A stretch of DNA of 26,900 nucleotides, taken from the NCBI GenBank assembly GCA_035764795.1, contig DASTYR010000240.1, positions 1 through 26,900 of the forward strand. The letters run 5' to 3'. How positions within the stretch are numbered: position 1 is the stretch's first letter; every line of letters begins with the position of its first letter. The stretch comes from Solirubrobacterales bacterium (GTDB taxonomy: Bacteria; Actinomycetota; Thermoleophilia; Solirubrobacterales; 70-9). Both the position numbers and the translations under genes were made by a program. Under the pieces are notes generated by a model, which saw only the letters and a list, made by a program, of their open reading frames with translations, made no database searches and was not told where the DNA came from. Positions 15,380 through 24,592 of this stretch are shown here, piece by piece.

Positions 15380-16663
15380 GTGCGTAAATCACGCCTGATA
15401 GACCCGCTGCGACGACCGCCCTTCCGGCGTTTGGCGCTCTCCTACGCGGTAAACGAGCTCGGCGACTGGATGGGGATCGTCGCCCTCTCGGTGTTGGTCT
15501 TCGAGCAGACGGACAGCGCACTGGCGACTGCTCTGCTCTTCATTGGCACCGGGTTTCTGCCGGCGCTGCTCGCTCCGCTGCTGGTGGCGCGGGTCGAGCA
15601 ACCGCCCCCCCGCCTCGCGCTGCCGCTGATCTACTGCGGGGAGGCGGCGGCCTTCGGCGCCTTGGCCCTGCTCGCCGAGCACTTCTCGCTGACTGCAATC
15701 GTCGTCGTCGCCACGATCGACGGCGCTCTCGCCCTCGCCGGCCGCGCTCTGACCCGCGCCGTGACCGTCTCCATGCTGCAGCCGGAGGGAGAGCTGCGCG
15801 GCGGCAACGCGATCCTCAACGTCGCCTTCACCGGCGGCGCCGCCGTCGGCCCGGCGATCGCCGGGCTCGCCGTCGCCGCCTTCGGGGTCCAGACGGCACT
15901 GCTGCTCGACGCGATCTCGTTCTACGCAATCGCCTGGATCCTCTTCACAGGCGGCAAGCTCCCGCAGGCGACGCCCGAACCCGGGCGGCTGCGCGAGCGG
16001 GTCCGCGCCGGGCTCGGCTACATCCGCTTCAACCGGACGTTGCGTCGCCTGCTGGTCGCCCAGACCGGCGCCTTCGTGTTCTTCGCCGCGGTGCTGCCGA
16101 TCGAGGTCATCTACGCCAAGGAGACGCTCGACGCCGGCGACACCGGCTATGGGCTGCTGCTGGGCAGCTGGGGGGCCGGGATGCTGCTGGGCAGCCTCGT
16201 CTTCGCGGTGCTGCGGCAGGCGGCGTTGCCGATGCTGATCTTCTTCGGCACGCTTGCGGTCGGCGCCGGCTACCTGGCGATGGGCACCGCGCCGACCCTG
16301 GCCGTCGCCTGCGCGGCGGCGGTGCTCGGCGGTGCCGGCAACGGCGTGCAGTGGGTCGCGGTCATCAGCGCCGTGCAGGAGCTGACCAGCGAGCAGATGC
16401 AGGCGCGCGTGGTCAGTGTGCTCGAGTCGGCGAGCATGCTCGGGCAGGGCGGCGGGTTCGTCCTCGGCGGCGCCATAGCCAGCTTGCTGAGCCCTCGCGC
16501 GACCTTCCTGGTTGCCGGAGCGGGTGTCCTCGCAATAGTCGCAGTCGTCGCGCCGTTGCTCGGAAAGAGCTGGATTTCCAGCGATTCCGGCACGCTGGCC
16601 AGGCGTCCAGCCGACCTTGACGCCGCCGACGAGATTATGGTGGAGTTAATTCCCGGGAGGTAG
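15380..16663 (+). CDS. MFS transporter (MFS_3/Tap-like exporter)
   Basis: About 12 TM segments, LRRPPFRRLALSYAVNELGDWM N-terminus, GLGYI and GRV motifs. Confidence 0.9.
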   Translation: MRKSRLIDPLRRPPFRRLALSYAVNELGDWMGIVALSVLVFEQTDSALATALLFIGTGFLPALLAPLLVARVEQPPPRLALPLIYCGEAAAFGALALLAEHFSLTAIVVVATIDGALALAGRALTRAVTVSMLQPEGELRGGNAILNVAFTGGAAVGPAIAGLAVAAFGVQTALLLDAISFYAIAWILFTGGKLPQATPEPGRLRERVRAGLGYIRFNRTLRRLLVAQTGAFVFFAAVLPIEVIYAKETLDAGDTGYGLLLGSWGAGMLLGSLVFAVLRQAALPMLIFFGTLAVGAGYLAMGTAPTLAVACAAAVLGGAGNGVQWVAVISAVQELTSEQMQARVVSVLESASMLGQGGGFVLGGAIASLLSPRATFLVAGAGVLAIVAVVAPLLGKSWISSDSGTLARRPADLDAADEIMVELIPGR

Positions 16664-16725
16664 TCGAGTCGAGAATGCGGCGATGGCCGCCCGGGAGTCG
16701 TGTCCCAGTCCCAACGGAGGAGGTC

Positions 16726-18423
16726 GTGTTGAGGAAGGCAATGGGGATCCTTGCGGGACTGAGTGTTTCAACGGCGCTTTCCATTAGCTTGGGCGCCTGC
16801 GGGAGCGAGGACAGCAGCGATTCGGGTGGGGGTGCCAAAGGCGGCTCGATCACGATCGCCCAGGCAGCACAGCCCGACTTCCTCGACCCGGCGCTCTCGT
16901 ATTCGACGCACGGTTGGGAACCGATGTGGCAGGTCTACACGCCGCTGGTCACCTACAAACGCGAGGAGGGGGAGGCGGGAACCGAACTCATGCCCGGCCT
17001 CGCCGAGGAGCTGCCGAAGATCAGCGCCGACGGCAAGACCTATGAGCTGACTCTGCGCGACGGCCTGCGCTACTCCGACGGGACGCCGGTCAAAGCAAGC
17101 GACTTCGAGCACACGATCAAGCGGGTCCTCAACCTCGAGTCGGGTGGCTCGTTCTATTTCGAACCGATCGAGGGAGCCGGCGACTACGTCGCCGCGGGCA
17201 AACCGGAGGGCGACATCTCCGGTATCGAGACCGACGACAAAACCGGGGAGATCACGATCCGCCTGACCGCGCCGGAAGTCGCCTTCAGCAACGTCCTGGC
17301 GATGAACTTCGCGGGCATCGTGCCGAGCGACACGCCGTTCGAGAACGCGACGGGCGATCCAGCGCCGGGTGTCGGCCCCTACATGTTCACCAAATCGGTC
17401 CCCAACCGGGAATTCGTGCTCGAGAAGAACCCGCGATTCAGCGAGGGCACCATCCCCGGCGTCCCCGAGGCGAACATCGAGACGGTGACGACCAAAATCG
17501 TCCCCAACGTCACCCAGCAGACGCAGGACGTGATCGACAACGAGCTCGACTTCATGCAGGAACCGCCGGCCACCGACCTGCGAGCCGAGATCCTGGCGCG
17601 ACTGGGCCCGGAGGGAAGCGAGGAACAGCGCTTCGAAGAATTCCCGACCCTCTCCACCTACTACTTCTTCCTCAACACGCGGGTGCCGCCCTTCGACGAC
17701 CAGAAGGTGCGCGAAGCGGTCAACGTCGGTGTCGACAGGTCTGGCCTGGCGCGCATCTACGCGGGCGAAATGGCGCCCGGATGCTCGTTCCTGCCGCCCC
17801 GGATGCCCGGCTACACCGAAGAGACCGACCTGAGCGGCTGCCCGTGGGGGGACCCCAGCCAGGCGGCCGACATCGATCGCGCCAAGCAGCTGATTCGCGA
17901 GGCAGGGGCGGAGGGCGCCGAGGTCACCGTCTGGGGCGACGACGTCGAGACGACGCCGAAAGTCACTCAGGCGTACGCCGACATGCTCAATCAGATCGGT
18001 CTCGACGCGGAGCCTAAAATCATCAACGGCGGCGTCTACTTCCAGACGATCGGCAACCAGAAGACCGAAGCGCAGACCGGCTTCCTCAACTTCTTCGCCG
18101 ACTTCCCGCACCCGATCAACTTCTTTTTCGTGATGCGCGGCGACGCGATCCAGCCCACCAACAACCAGAACATGAGCAACGTCGACGACGCCCATATCGA
18201 CGATGAAGTCACGGCGCTGGGGGAAGAGACGGAGCTGGAGGCGGTCACCGACCGCTGGGAGGAGCTCAACGACTACGTCGCCGAGAAATCCTACATCGCG
18301 CCCTTCGGGCACAGGAAACTGACCACGTTCGTCTCCGACCGGATCGACTTCGAGAACTGCACCGTCGTCCATCCGATCTACTACAACGACTACTCGCAGT
18401 TCTGCCTGAAGGAAGCCGAATAG
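16726..18423 (+). CDS. Opp/Dpp-type ABC substrate-binding lipoprotein (family 5)
   Basis: SD GGAGGAGG, lipobox LGAC, PGLAEELPKISADGKTYELTLRDGLRYSDGTPVKASDF, and PFDDQKVREAVN. Confidence 0.93.
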   Translation: MLRKAMGILAGLSVSTALSISLGACGSEDSSDSGGGAKGGSITIAQAAQPDFLDPALSYSTHGWEPMWQVYTPLVTYKREEGEAGTELMPGLAEELPKISADGKTYELTLRDGLRYSDGTPVKASDFEHTIKRVLNLESGGSFYFEPIEGAGDYVAAGKPEGDISGIETDDKTGEITIRLTAPEVAFSNVLAMNFAGIVPSDTPFENATGDPAPGVGPYMFTKSVPNREFVLEKNPRFSEGTIPGVPEANIETVTTKIVPNVTQQTQDVIDNELDFMQEPPATDLRAEILARLGPEGSEEQRFEEFPTLSTYYFFLNTRVPPFDDQKVREAVNVGVDRSGLARIYAGEMAPGCSFLPPRMPGYTEETDLSGCPWGDPSQAADIDRAKQLIREAGAEGAEVTVWGDDVETTPKVTQAYADMLNQIGLDAEPKIINGGVYFQTIGNQKTEAQTGFLNFFADFPHPINFFFVMRGDAIQPTNNQNMSNVDDAHIDDEVTALGEETELEAVTDRWEELNDYVAEKSYIAPFGHRKLTTFVSDRIDFENCTVVHPIYYNDYSQFCLKEAE

Positions 18424-19415
18424 AGACCACGGCGGAGCGTCCGCCGACGGCCGCGGCGAGTGGCCCGTGGAGCCTGACCGGGCGCCGGCTGCGACGCAAC
18501 CGGCCGGCGCTCGCCTTCGGTGCCGTCTTCCTGATGCTGGGCGGCGCCTGTCTCGCCGCTCCCCTGTGGGCCAGCCAGGTCGCCCACACCACCCCTGAGG
18601 CGAACCACCTCAGCGACAAAGTCGAGATCGACGGCGAGCCGACCGAAGTCGTCGACCTGCTCGGCAAGCCGATCGGGCCGACCTGGAGCGGCCGCTTCTT
18701 CCTCGGCGCCGACAGCAACGGGCGCGACATCATGGTGCGACTCCTCTACGGCGGCCGCAACTCGCTGCTGGTCGGCATAGCCGGGGCGCTCGGCACGATC
18801 GCGCTGGGGCTGCTGCTCGGACTGCTGGCGGGCTACCACCGCGGCCGCGTCGACACCGCGATCAGCTGGGCGATGGACGTGCTCTGGGCCTTTCCGGTGA
18901 TCCTGATCGGCATCGCGCTCGGCACCGCGCTCGCCCTCGGCGGGCTCGAGCTGGGCCCGATCACGATTGAGGGCGACTCGCTCGCGATCCCGATCTTCGT
19001 GATCGCGGTGATCTACGTCCCCTACATGGCGCGGCCGATCCGCGGTCAGGTGCTGGCCCTGCGCGAGCGTGAATTCGTCGAGGCCGCACGGGCGCAGGGG
19101 ATGGGACCGGCGCGGATCATCTTCAGCGAGATCCTCCCGAACGTGGCGACGACCCTGGTCGTCTTCCTCCCCCTCCTGGTCGCCAACGCGATCCTGCTCG
19201 AGGCGGCACTGTCCTTCCTCGGTGCCGGCGTGCAGCCGCCCAACGCCTCCTGGGGGACGATGATCGCCGAAGGCTTCGACCGGATCACCTCGGCGCCCCA
19301 TCTGTCGATCGTGCCCGGCCTCATGCTGGTAGCCACGGTGCTGTCGCTGAACGTCTTCGGCGAAGGAGTGCGCGACGCCCTCGACCCCAAGGCGAAGCTG
19401 AGGCTCGAGCACTGA
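18420..19415 (+). CDS. Opp/Dpp permease (OppC/DppC-like); start uncertain, possibly ATA 18420
   Basis: FFLGADSNGRD, RNSL, EFVEAARAQG and PSWG-like motifs. The N-terminal 'RRLRRNRPALAFG' segment lies upstream of the first ATG (18534). Confidence 0.88.
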   Translation: METTAERPPTAAASGPWSLTGRRLRRNRPALAFGAVFLMLGGACLAAPLWASQVAHTTPEANHLSDKVEIDGEPTEVVDLLGKPIGPTWSGRFFLGADSNGRDIMVRLLYGGRNSLLVGIAGALGTIALGLLLGLLAGYHRGRVDTAISWAMDVLWAFPVILIGIALGTALALGGLELGPITIEGDSLAIPIFVIAVIYVPYMARPIRGQVLALREREFVEAARAQGMGPARIIFSEILPNVATTLVVFLPLLVANAILLEAALSFLGAGVQPPNASWGTMIAEGFDRITSAPHLSIVPGLMLVATVLSLNVFGEGVRDALDPKAKLRLEH

Positions 19416-20389
19416 TGCGGGGGGCATTGGCACGTTTTGCCGCCCGCCGCCTCGCCTCCATGGTGTTGGTGCTGCTCGCCGTCTCCCTGCTCGTCTTCGC
19501 GATCTTCAACGTGCTGCCGGGCGGCGACCCCGCCGTGAGGATGGCGGGGAAAATCCCCACCGAAACGCAGGTCGAGGCGATCCGCGAAGAGTGGGGCTTC
19601 GACGAACCGGTCTACGTCCAGTACGTGACGACGATGGAGAAGCTCTTCAGCGGCGACCTGGTCTCCTATTTCACGCAGCTCAACGTGACCGAGGAGATCC
19701 TCAAGGGCGCGCCGCGCACCTTCGCTCTCGCCATCGGAGCGGCGATCATCTGGATGGTCTTCGCGATCGCGCTCGGCCTCTACAGCGCTATGCGGGTCGG
19801 CACGCTGTCGGACCGACTGCTGACCGTGCTGGCGCTGATCGGGATCTCGATGCCGGTCTTCTGGCTCGGCATCCTGCTCAGCCACTACCTCGGCTACGAG
19901 GCCGGCATCTTCCCCACCGGGGAATACGTCGAGTTCCTCGACAGCCCGACCCAGTGGTTCTGGCATCTCGTCCTGCCCTGGTTCACGCTCGCGGTCCTCT
20001 TCATCGGCATCTACTCGCGCGTACTGCGCTCGAACATCCTCGAGACCATGGACGAGGACTACGTCCGCGCCGCGCGGGCTAAGGGATTGCCCGAGCGGCA
20101 GGTTCTGCTCAAGCACGTGCTGCGCAACTCGCTGATTCCGATCGTGACCCTATGGGGGCTCGACTTCGGCGCTGTGATCGGCGGGGCGGCGATTCTCACC
20201 GAGCTCGTGTTCAGCCTCCAGGGGGTCGGCCAATACACGGCCGAGGCGATCGAGCAGCTCGACGTACCAGCCGTGATGGCCGTGACGATGTACGGGGCCT
20301 TCTTCATCGTCATCTTCAACGCGCTGGTCGATATCGCCTACGCGGCGCTCGACCCCCGCATCCGGCTCGAGGGACGGCGGCAAGCGTGA
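19415..20389 (+). CDS. Opp/Dpp permease (OppB/DppB-like)
   Basis: PGGDPAVRM, SMPVFWLG, EDYVRAARAKGL and RNSLIP motifs. Confidence 0.93.
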   Translation: MRGALARFAARRLASMVLVLLAVSLLVFAIFNVLPGGDPAVRMAGKIPTETQVEAIREEWGFDEPVYVQYVTTMEKLFSGDLVSYFTQLNVTEEILKGAPRTFALAIGAAIIWMVFAIALGLYSAMRVGTLSDRLLTVLALIGISMPVFWLGILLSHYLGYEAGIFPTGEYVEFLDSPTQWFWHLVLPWFTLAVLFIGIYSRVLRSNILETMDEDYVRAARAKGLPERQVLLKHVLRNSLIPIVTLWGLDFGAVIGGAAILTELVFSLQGVGQYTAEAIEQLDVPAVMAVTMYGAFFIVIFNALVDIAYAALDPRIRLEGRRQA

Positions 20390-21405
20390 GCGGCGCGCCC
20401 CTGCTGGAGGTCCGCGAGCTGGCGGTCTCCTTCAACACCGAAGAGGGATCCGTCCGGGCGGTCGACCGGCTCGACCTCGACGTCGCGCCGGGGGAGGTGC
20501 TGGCGGTGGTGGGTGAGTCCGGCAGCGGCAAGTCGGTGACGGCGCTCACCCTGATGGGTCTCTCACGCGGACCGAACACGCGGATCTCGGGATCGGTCCG
20601 CTTCGACGGGATCGACCTGATCGCGGCACGCGACGAGGAGCTGCGGCGGATCAGAGGCGAGCGAATCGCGATGGTCTTCCAGGACCCGATGACCTCGCTG
20701 GACCCGGTCTACCGGGTCGGCGACCAGATCGTCGAGCAGATCCGCGCCCACCGCGAGACGTCCCGCGAGGAGGCGCGGAGTCGCGCGATCGAGCTGCTCG
20801 ACGCCGTCGGCATCCCGGACGCGGCGAGCCGTGCCGACGCCTACCCGCACCAGTTCTCCGGCGGAATGCGGCAGCGAGTGATGATCGCGATGGCACTCTC
20901 GCTCGACCCCTCGCTGCTGATCGCCGACGAGCCGACCACCGCGCTTGACGTGACGGTGCAGGCCCAGATCGTCGCGCTGCTGCGTGAGCTGAACCGCGCG
21001 CGTGGCCTCTCGGTCGTCCTGATCACGCATGACATCGGCCTGGTCGCGGAGGTCGCCGACCGCGTCGCGGTGATGTATGCGGGGCGGGTCGTCGAGCAGG
21101 GAACGCTCGACGAGGTCTTCTACGACCCCCAGCACCCCTACACCTGGGGGCTGCTCGGGTCGCTGACCCGGATTGACCGGCCGCGACCGGAGCGCCTGCC
21201 GCAAATTCCCGGCGCGCCGCCGTCGCTTCTCTCGCCGCCCCAGGGATGCCATTTCCGGCCCCGCTGCGCGCACGAGTTCGAGCGCTGCGCGCAGGTGCCG
21301 GACCTGGAGGCGCGGCTGGCCGAGGCACCGGGGCACCTCGACCGCTGCTGGCTCGACCCGGTCGAGAAGCGCGAGCGGCGGCCGATCGAGGTGGACGGAT
21401 CGTGA
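20386..21405 (+). CDS. Oligopeptide ABC ATP-binding protein (OppD/DppD-like)
   Basis: [38 protein letters not shown] and GC.F.PRC motifs. Confidence 0.94.
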   Translation: MSGAPLLEVRELAVSFNTEEGSVRAVDRLDLDVAPGEVLAVVGESGSGKSVTALTLMGLSRGPNTRISGSVRFDGIDLIAARDEELRRIRGERIAMVFQDPMTSLDPVYRVGDQIVEQIRAHRETSREEARSRAIELLDAVGIPDAASRADAYPHQFSGGMRQRVMIAMALSLDPSLLIADEPTTALDVTVQAQIVALLRELNRARGLSVVLITHDIGLVAEVADRVAVMYAGRVVEQGTLDEVFYDPQHPYTWGLLGSLTRIDRPRPERLPQIPGAPPSLLSPPQGCHFRPRCAHEFERCAQVPDLEARLAEAPGHLDRCWLDPVEKRERRPIEVDGS

Positions 21406-22241
21406 GCGGCGAGCCGCTCCTGGAGGTCCGCGGCCTCGCCAAGCACTTCGACCCCGGCGCGGGGCTATTCGGGCGCGGCGGGGAGCCGGTGCGGGCGGTC
21501 GACGGCGTCGACCTCCGGGTCGCCACCGGTGAGACGCTCGGCCTGGTCGGCGAGTCGGGCTCCGGCAAGTCAACCCTCTGCCGCGCCATTCTGCGGCTGG
21601 TCGAGCCGACGGCAGGCTCGGTTCGCTTCGAGGGCCAGGAGCTGACCGAGTTGAGCCAGCGCCGACTACGGCCCCTGAGGCGGCACGTGCAGATGATCTT
21701 CCAGAACCCCTCCGCTTCGCTGAATCCGCGCAAGCGCGTCGGCGACATCGTCGGCGCGCCGCTGAAGTTGCACGGACTCGCCTCCGGGGCAGAGCTGCAC
21801 CGTCGAGTAGGCGAGCTACTCGGCCGGGTCGGCCTCTCACCCGAGCACCTCGGGCGCTACCCGCACGAGTTCTCCGGCGGGCAGCGCCAGCGGATCGGCA
21901 TCGCGCGCGCGCTGGCGACCGAACCGAAGTTGATCCTCGCCGACGAGCCGGTCTCGGCGCTCGACGTCTCGATCCGGGCCCAGATCGTCAACCTCCTTCA
22001 GGACATCCAGGACGAGATGGGGATCGCCTATCTCTTCGTCGCCCACGACATCGGCATCGTCCGCCACGTCTCCGACCGGATCGCCGTCATGCACCGCGGC
22101 AGGATCGTCGAGCAGGGTCAGACCGACCAAGTCTGCGAACAGCCACGCGACCCCTACACCCAGGAGTTGCTCGCCGCGGTACCGGTTCCCGACCCGCGCG
22201 AGGCGCGGGCCCGGCGCTCGACGGGGGGTGTTGGAGGTTGA
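21402..22241 (+). CDS. Oligopeptide ABC ATP-binding protein (OppF/DppF-like)
   Basis: [20 protein letters not shown] and [11 protein letters not shown] motifs; GTGA overlap with the previous gene. Confidence 0.94.
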   Translation: MSGEPLLEVRGLAKHFDPGAGLFGRGGEPVRAVDGVDLRVATGETLGLVGESGSGKSTLCRAILRLVEPTAGSVRFEGQELTELSQRRLRPLRRHVQMIFQNPSASLNPRKRVGDIVGAPLKLHGLASGAELHRRVGELLGRVGLSPEHLGRYPHEFSGGQRQRIGIARALATEPKLILADEPVSALDVSIRAQIVNLLQDIQDEMGIAYLFVAHDIGIVRHVSDRIAVMHRGRIVEQGQTDQVCEQPRDPYTQELLAAVPVPDPREARARRSTGGVGG

Positions 22242-22275
22242 CCACCCATATCGGGGGCTAACCTCCAGCACCTCC
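22224..22275 (+). repeat. About 52-nt hairpin between the ABC ATPase stop and the ligase start
   Basis: GGGGGTGTTGGAGGTT pairs with AACCTCCAGCACCTCC (two G-U pairs); inner core shared with 12429-12465. Confidence 0.6.
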
Positions 22276-23223
22276 ATGCCCCTGCCCCTTTCGCCGCCGC
22301 TCAAGCCACAGCTGGCGCTGACCCGCAAAGCGCTGCCGCGCGGCGACGAGTGGGCCTACGAGCAGAAGCTCGACGGCTTCCGCGCCATCGTCTTCGTCGA
22401 CGGCAGCGACTCCTACATCCAGTCACGGGGCGGCAAACCGCTCTCGCGCTACTTCCCGGAGCTGAGCTTCAGTCCCGGCCGCTACGTGCTCGACGGCGAG
22501 CTGGTGATCTGCGACAACGAGGGAAACGTGGAGTTCGACGCGCTGCAGAGTCGCCTCCACCCGGCCGAGTCTCGGATCAAGCTCCTGGCCGAGCAGATTC
22601 CCGCCGGGCTGCGCGTCTTCGACCTGCTCGCCGAGGACGACGAGGCGCTGCTGGAGACGCCGTTCGGCGAGCGGCGGGCGCGCTTGGAAGGACTGGCGCC
22701 GAGCCTGGGACTCGAGCTGACCGAGCTGAGCGACGACCCGGAGCGAGCCGAGCAGTGGCTGCGGACGACCGAGGGGGCGATGGCAAAGCAGCTCGACGCC
22801 CCCTACGAGCCGGGCAAGCGACGCGGGATGGCGAAGATCAAGCGCGAGCGGACGATCGACTGCGTCGTGATGGGGTGGCGGCCCGGCAAAGAGGAGGGCA
22901 CCGTCGGTTCGTTGATCCTCGGCCTCTACGACGGCGGCGAGCTGCGATCGGTCGGCCACATCTCCGGCTTCAGGGCCCAGATGAAACGGGACCTGCGCCA
23001 GCTGCTGGCACCGCTGGAGACGGGTGAGCGGGGCAGCGCCGAGCCGAGCCGTTGGGCGGCCGAGCGCGACCTCGAGTGGGTTGCGTTGCGGCCCGAGCTG
23101 GTGATCGAGGTCGGCTATGACCACGCCGCCGCGGGGCGGATCCGGCACGGGGCGCGGTTTCACCGGTTCAGGGACGACAAGGCGCCAGGCGAGTGCCGGT
23201 TCGAGGATTTGGACGAAGGCTAG
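22276..23223 (+). CDS. ligC: ATP-dependent DNA ligase, LigC-like
   Basis: [11 protein letters not shown] (KxDG), VLDGEL, VFDLL, EGAMAK and an OB domain with '[27 protein letters not shown]'. Confidence 0.85.
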   Translation: MPLPLSPPLKPQLALTRKALPRGDEWAYEQKLDGFRAIVFVDGSDSYIQSRGGKPLSRYFPELSFSPGRYVLDGELVICDNEGNVEFDALQSRLHPAESRIKLLAEQIPAGLRVFDLLAEDDEALLETPFGERRARLEGLAPSLGLELTELSDDPERAEQWLRTTEGAMAKQLDAPYEPGKRRGMAKIKRERTIDCVVMGWRPGKEEGTVGSLILGLYDGGELRSVGHISGFRAQMKRDLRQLLAPLETGERGSAEPSRWAAERDLEWVALRPELVIEVGYDHAAAGRIRHGARFHRFRDDKAPGECRFEDLDEG

Positions 23224-24330
23224 AAGAGGGTTGACTGAGCGCTCTGGCCAGCGGGTCCTGTCGCCGCAGGGGACCCACCGCCCCTTCCGGTAGCTAAAGC
23301 TTCCTCAGAGGCGGTTCCCCCTACGGCGCCACCCGCTGGAGAGTTGTCTTTCCGGGACAGCTTCGGTCCGGCCGCTCTTCGCCTAGATGCGCCGGAGCGG
23401 CCCCAGCCGCGGACCACTTTCGTCACCTGACCTCTCTCTTGGGCTGGCAAGTACGCTCGACCGCCTGCATAAAGCTGTTCGTAGCGGGGGATCAGGTCGG
23501 GGCGTTTGGCTTCGAGCCAGGCGAAAAAGACGTCGCGGACCTCGTCGCGGAGATGGAGGGCGACGCCGCCTAGGAAGGTTGCACCGGCCTCGCGAGCTCG
23601 GTCGACGAGGGGTTGGACCTGGTCGGGATGGTCGTTGATGCCAGGCATCAGCGGGGCAATCAGGACGCCGGAGTCGATGCCGCGGCGGCGTAGCTCGGCG
23701 ACGGCGTCGAGGCGGGCCGCGGGGCTCGGGGTGTGCGGCTCGGTCTGTCGCCAGACCTTCTCATCGAGGGTCGGGATCGAGAGGTTGACCGAGACGGGAA
23801 GTCGCTTCGCCATCCGCTCGTAGATCTCGATGTCGCGCAAGAGCAGCGGCGACTTGGTGAGGACGGAGACCGGCGTCGCCGCAGCCTCCAGCGCGGCCAG
23901 AATCTCCGGCATCATCCTGTAGCGGTTCTCGACCCACTGGTAGGGGTCGGTATTCGTCCCCAGCGCCACCAGATCCCGCTCCCAGCTCGGTCGCCCCAGC
24001 TCCACCCGCAGCAGCTCCGGCACGTTCACCTTCACCACGATCTCGCGCTCGAAGTCGCGCCCAGCGTTCAGGTCAAGGTAGGTGTGAGTGCGGCGGGCGA
24101 AGCAGTATCGGTAATCGACAGGCGTGGGTGCAACCGCGGAAGGGATTGATCGTCCAGTTGAACCCGTATCGCCCGCCGGGCACCCGATTGAGGGCCGACT
24201 TAGCCCTTATCTCGTGAAACCGGATACCGAGTGCCTCGGGCGCATCGAAAGTTCGGACAATCGCTTCCTCGGCCAGACCGAACAGCCTGCCTTCGCCCTC
24301 CTTGTCCATGCGTTGTTCGTCCCAGCGCAT
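23220..24330 (-). pseudogene. Rv2578c-family (SPL-like) radical SAM gene, frameshifted inside CxxxCxxC
   Basis: MRWDEQ...KSALNRVP...INPFRGCTHAC is in one frame and RYCFARRTHTYLD...ALGTNTDPYQ is in the +1 frame. There are 7 extra nt at 24111-24117. Confidence 0.85.
23251..23336 (+). repeat. 86-bp palindromic intragenic element A, copy 2 (radical SAM C-terminal tail)
   Basis: 80/86 identical to the reverse complement of 207-292. Confidence 0.95.
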
Positions 24331-24331
24331 A

Positions 24332-24345
24332 CGAACACATGTTCG
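24332..24345. promoter_or_regulatory. LexA (SOS) box
   Basis: CGAACACATGTTCG matches the Gram-positive/actinobacterial CGAAC-N4-GTTCG consensus. It lies 1 nt upstream of the radical SAM start codon. Confidence 0.9.
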
Positions 24346-24431
24346 CATAGAATGTATCCGTGGTCAATGCCCCGCCAAAGCCCCTCCTTCAGGTCCAGCG
24401 TCAAGCAGTGGCCTGGAGAAAGGAGGTGCCG

Positions 24432-24488
24432 ATGGCAGAGATTGCATTGATCATGCTCCTGCTCCTGCTGCTCCTTCGGGTGACGTAG
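24432..24488 (+). CDS. 18-aa hydrophobic peptide MAEIALIMLLLLLLLRVT, candidate type I toxin
   Basis: SD AAGGAGGTG, single TM-like core, anti-SD in the leader and a downstream complementary segment. Confidence 0.7.
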   Translation: MAEIALIMLLLLLLLRVT

Positions 24489-24495
24489 GCGGAGC

Positions 24496-24523
24496 GCCGG
24501 CCGGGGCTGCGACCCCGGCCGGC
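24496..24523 (+). other. 11-bp GC hairpin in the peptide 3' UTR
   Basis: GCCGGCCGGGG-CTGCGA-CCCCGGCCGGC. Confidence 0.8.
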
Positions 24524-24539
24524 TACTGACGCCGGACAC

Positions 24540-24569
24540 AGAAAAGGCCCGGCGGCCCGGGCCTTTTCT
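24540..24569. terminator. Bidirectional intrinsic terminator
   Basis: AGAAAAGGCCCGG-CGGC-CCGGGCCTTTTCT, with a T-run after the stem on both strands. Confidence 0.85.
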
Positions 24570-24592
24570 AAGGCAGAAACTGCATTGATCGC
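24540..24592 (-). ncRNA. Candidate antisense antitoxin sRNA (about 52 nt)
   Basis: TATACT -10 at 24598-24603 on the minus strand. Its 5' part (24572-24590) is complementary to 24434-24452, and it ends at the terminator. Confidence 0.6.

Noticed and set aside
16768-18372. Long antisense ORFs (for example 16768-18372, 13240-15180, 10603-11856)
   Set aside because: These are mirror frames of well-supported genes, as expected in high-GC DNA with few stop codons.
16726-22241. Permease order C-before-B in the Opp/Dpp operon
   Set aside because: Order variation is common in these operons and not informative alone.
24456-24477. CTCCTG repeats as a microsatellite or phase-variation tract
   Set aside because: The tract is short and imperfect, and is better explained as Leu codons that double as anti-SD motifs.
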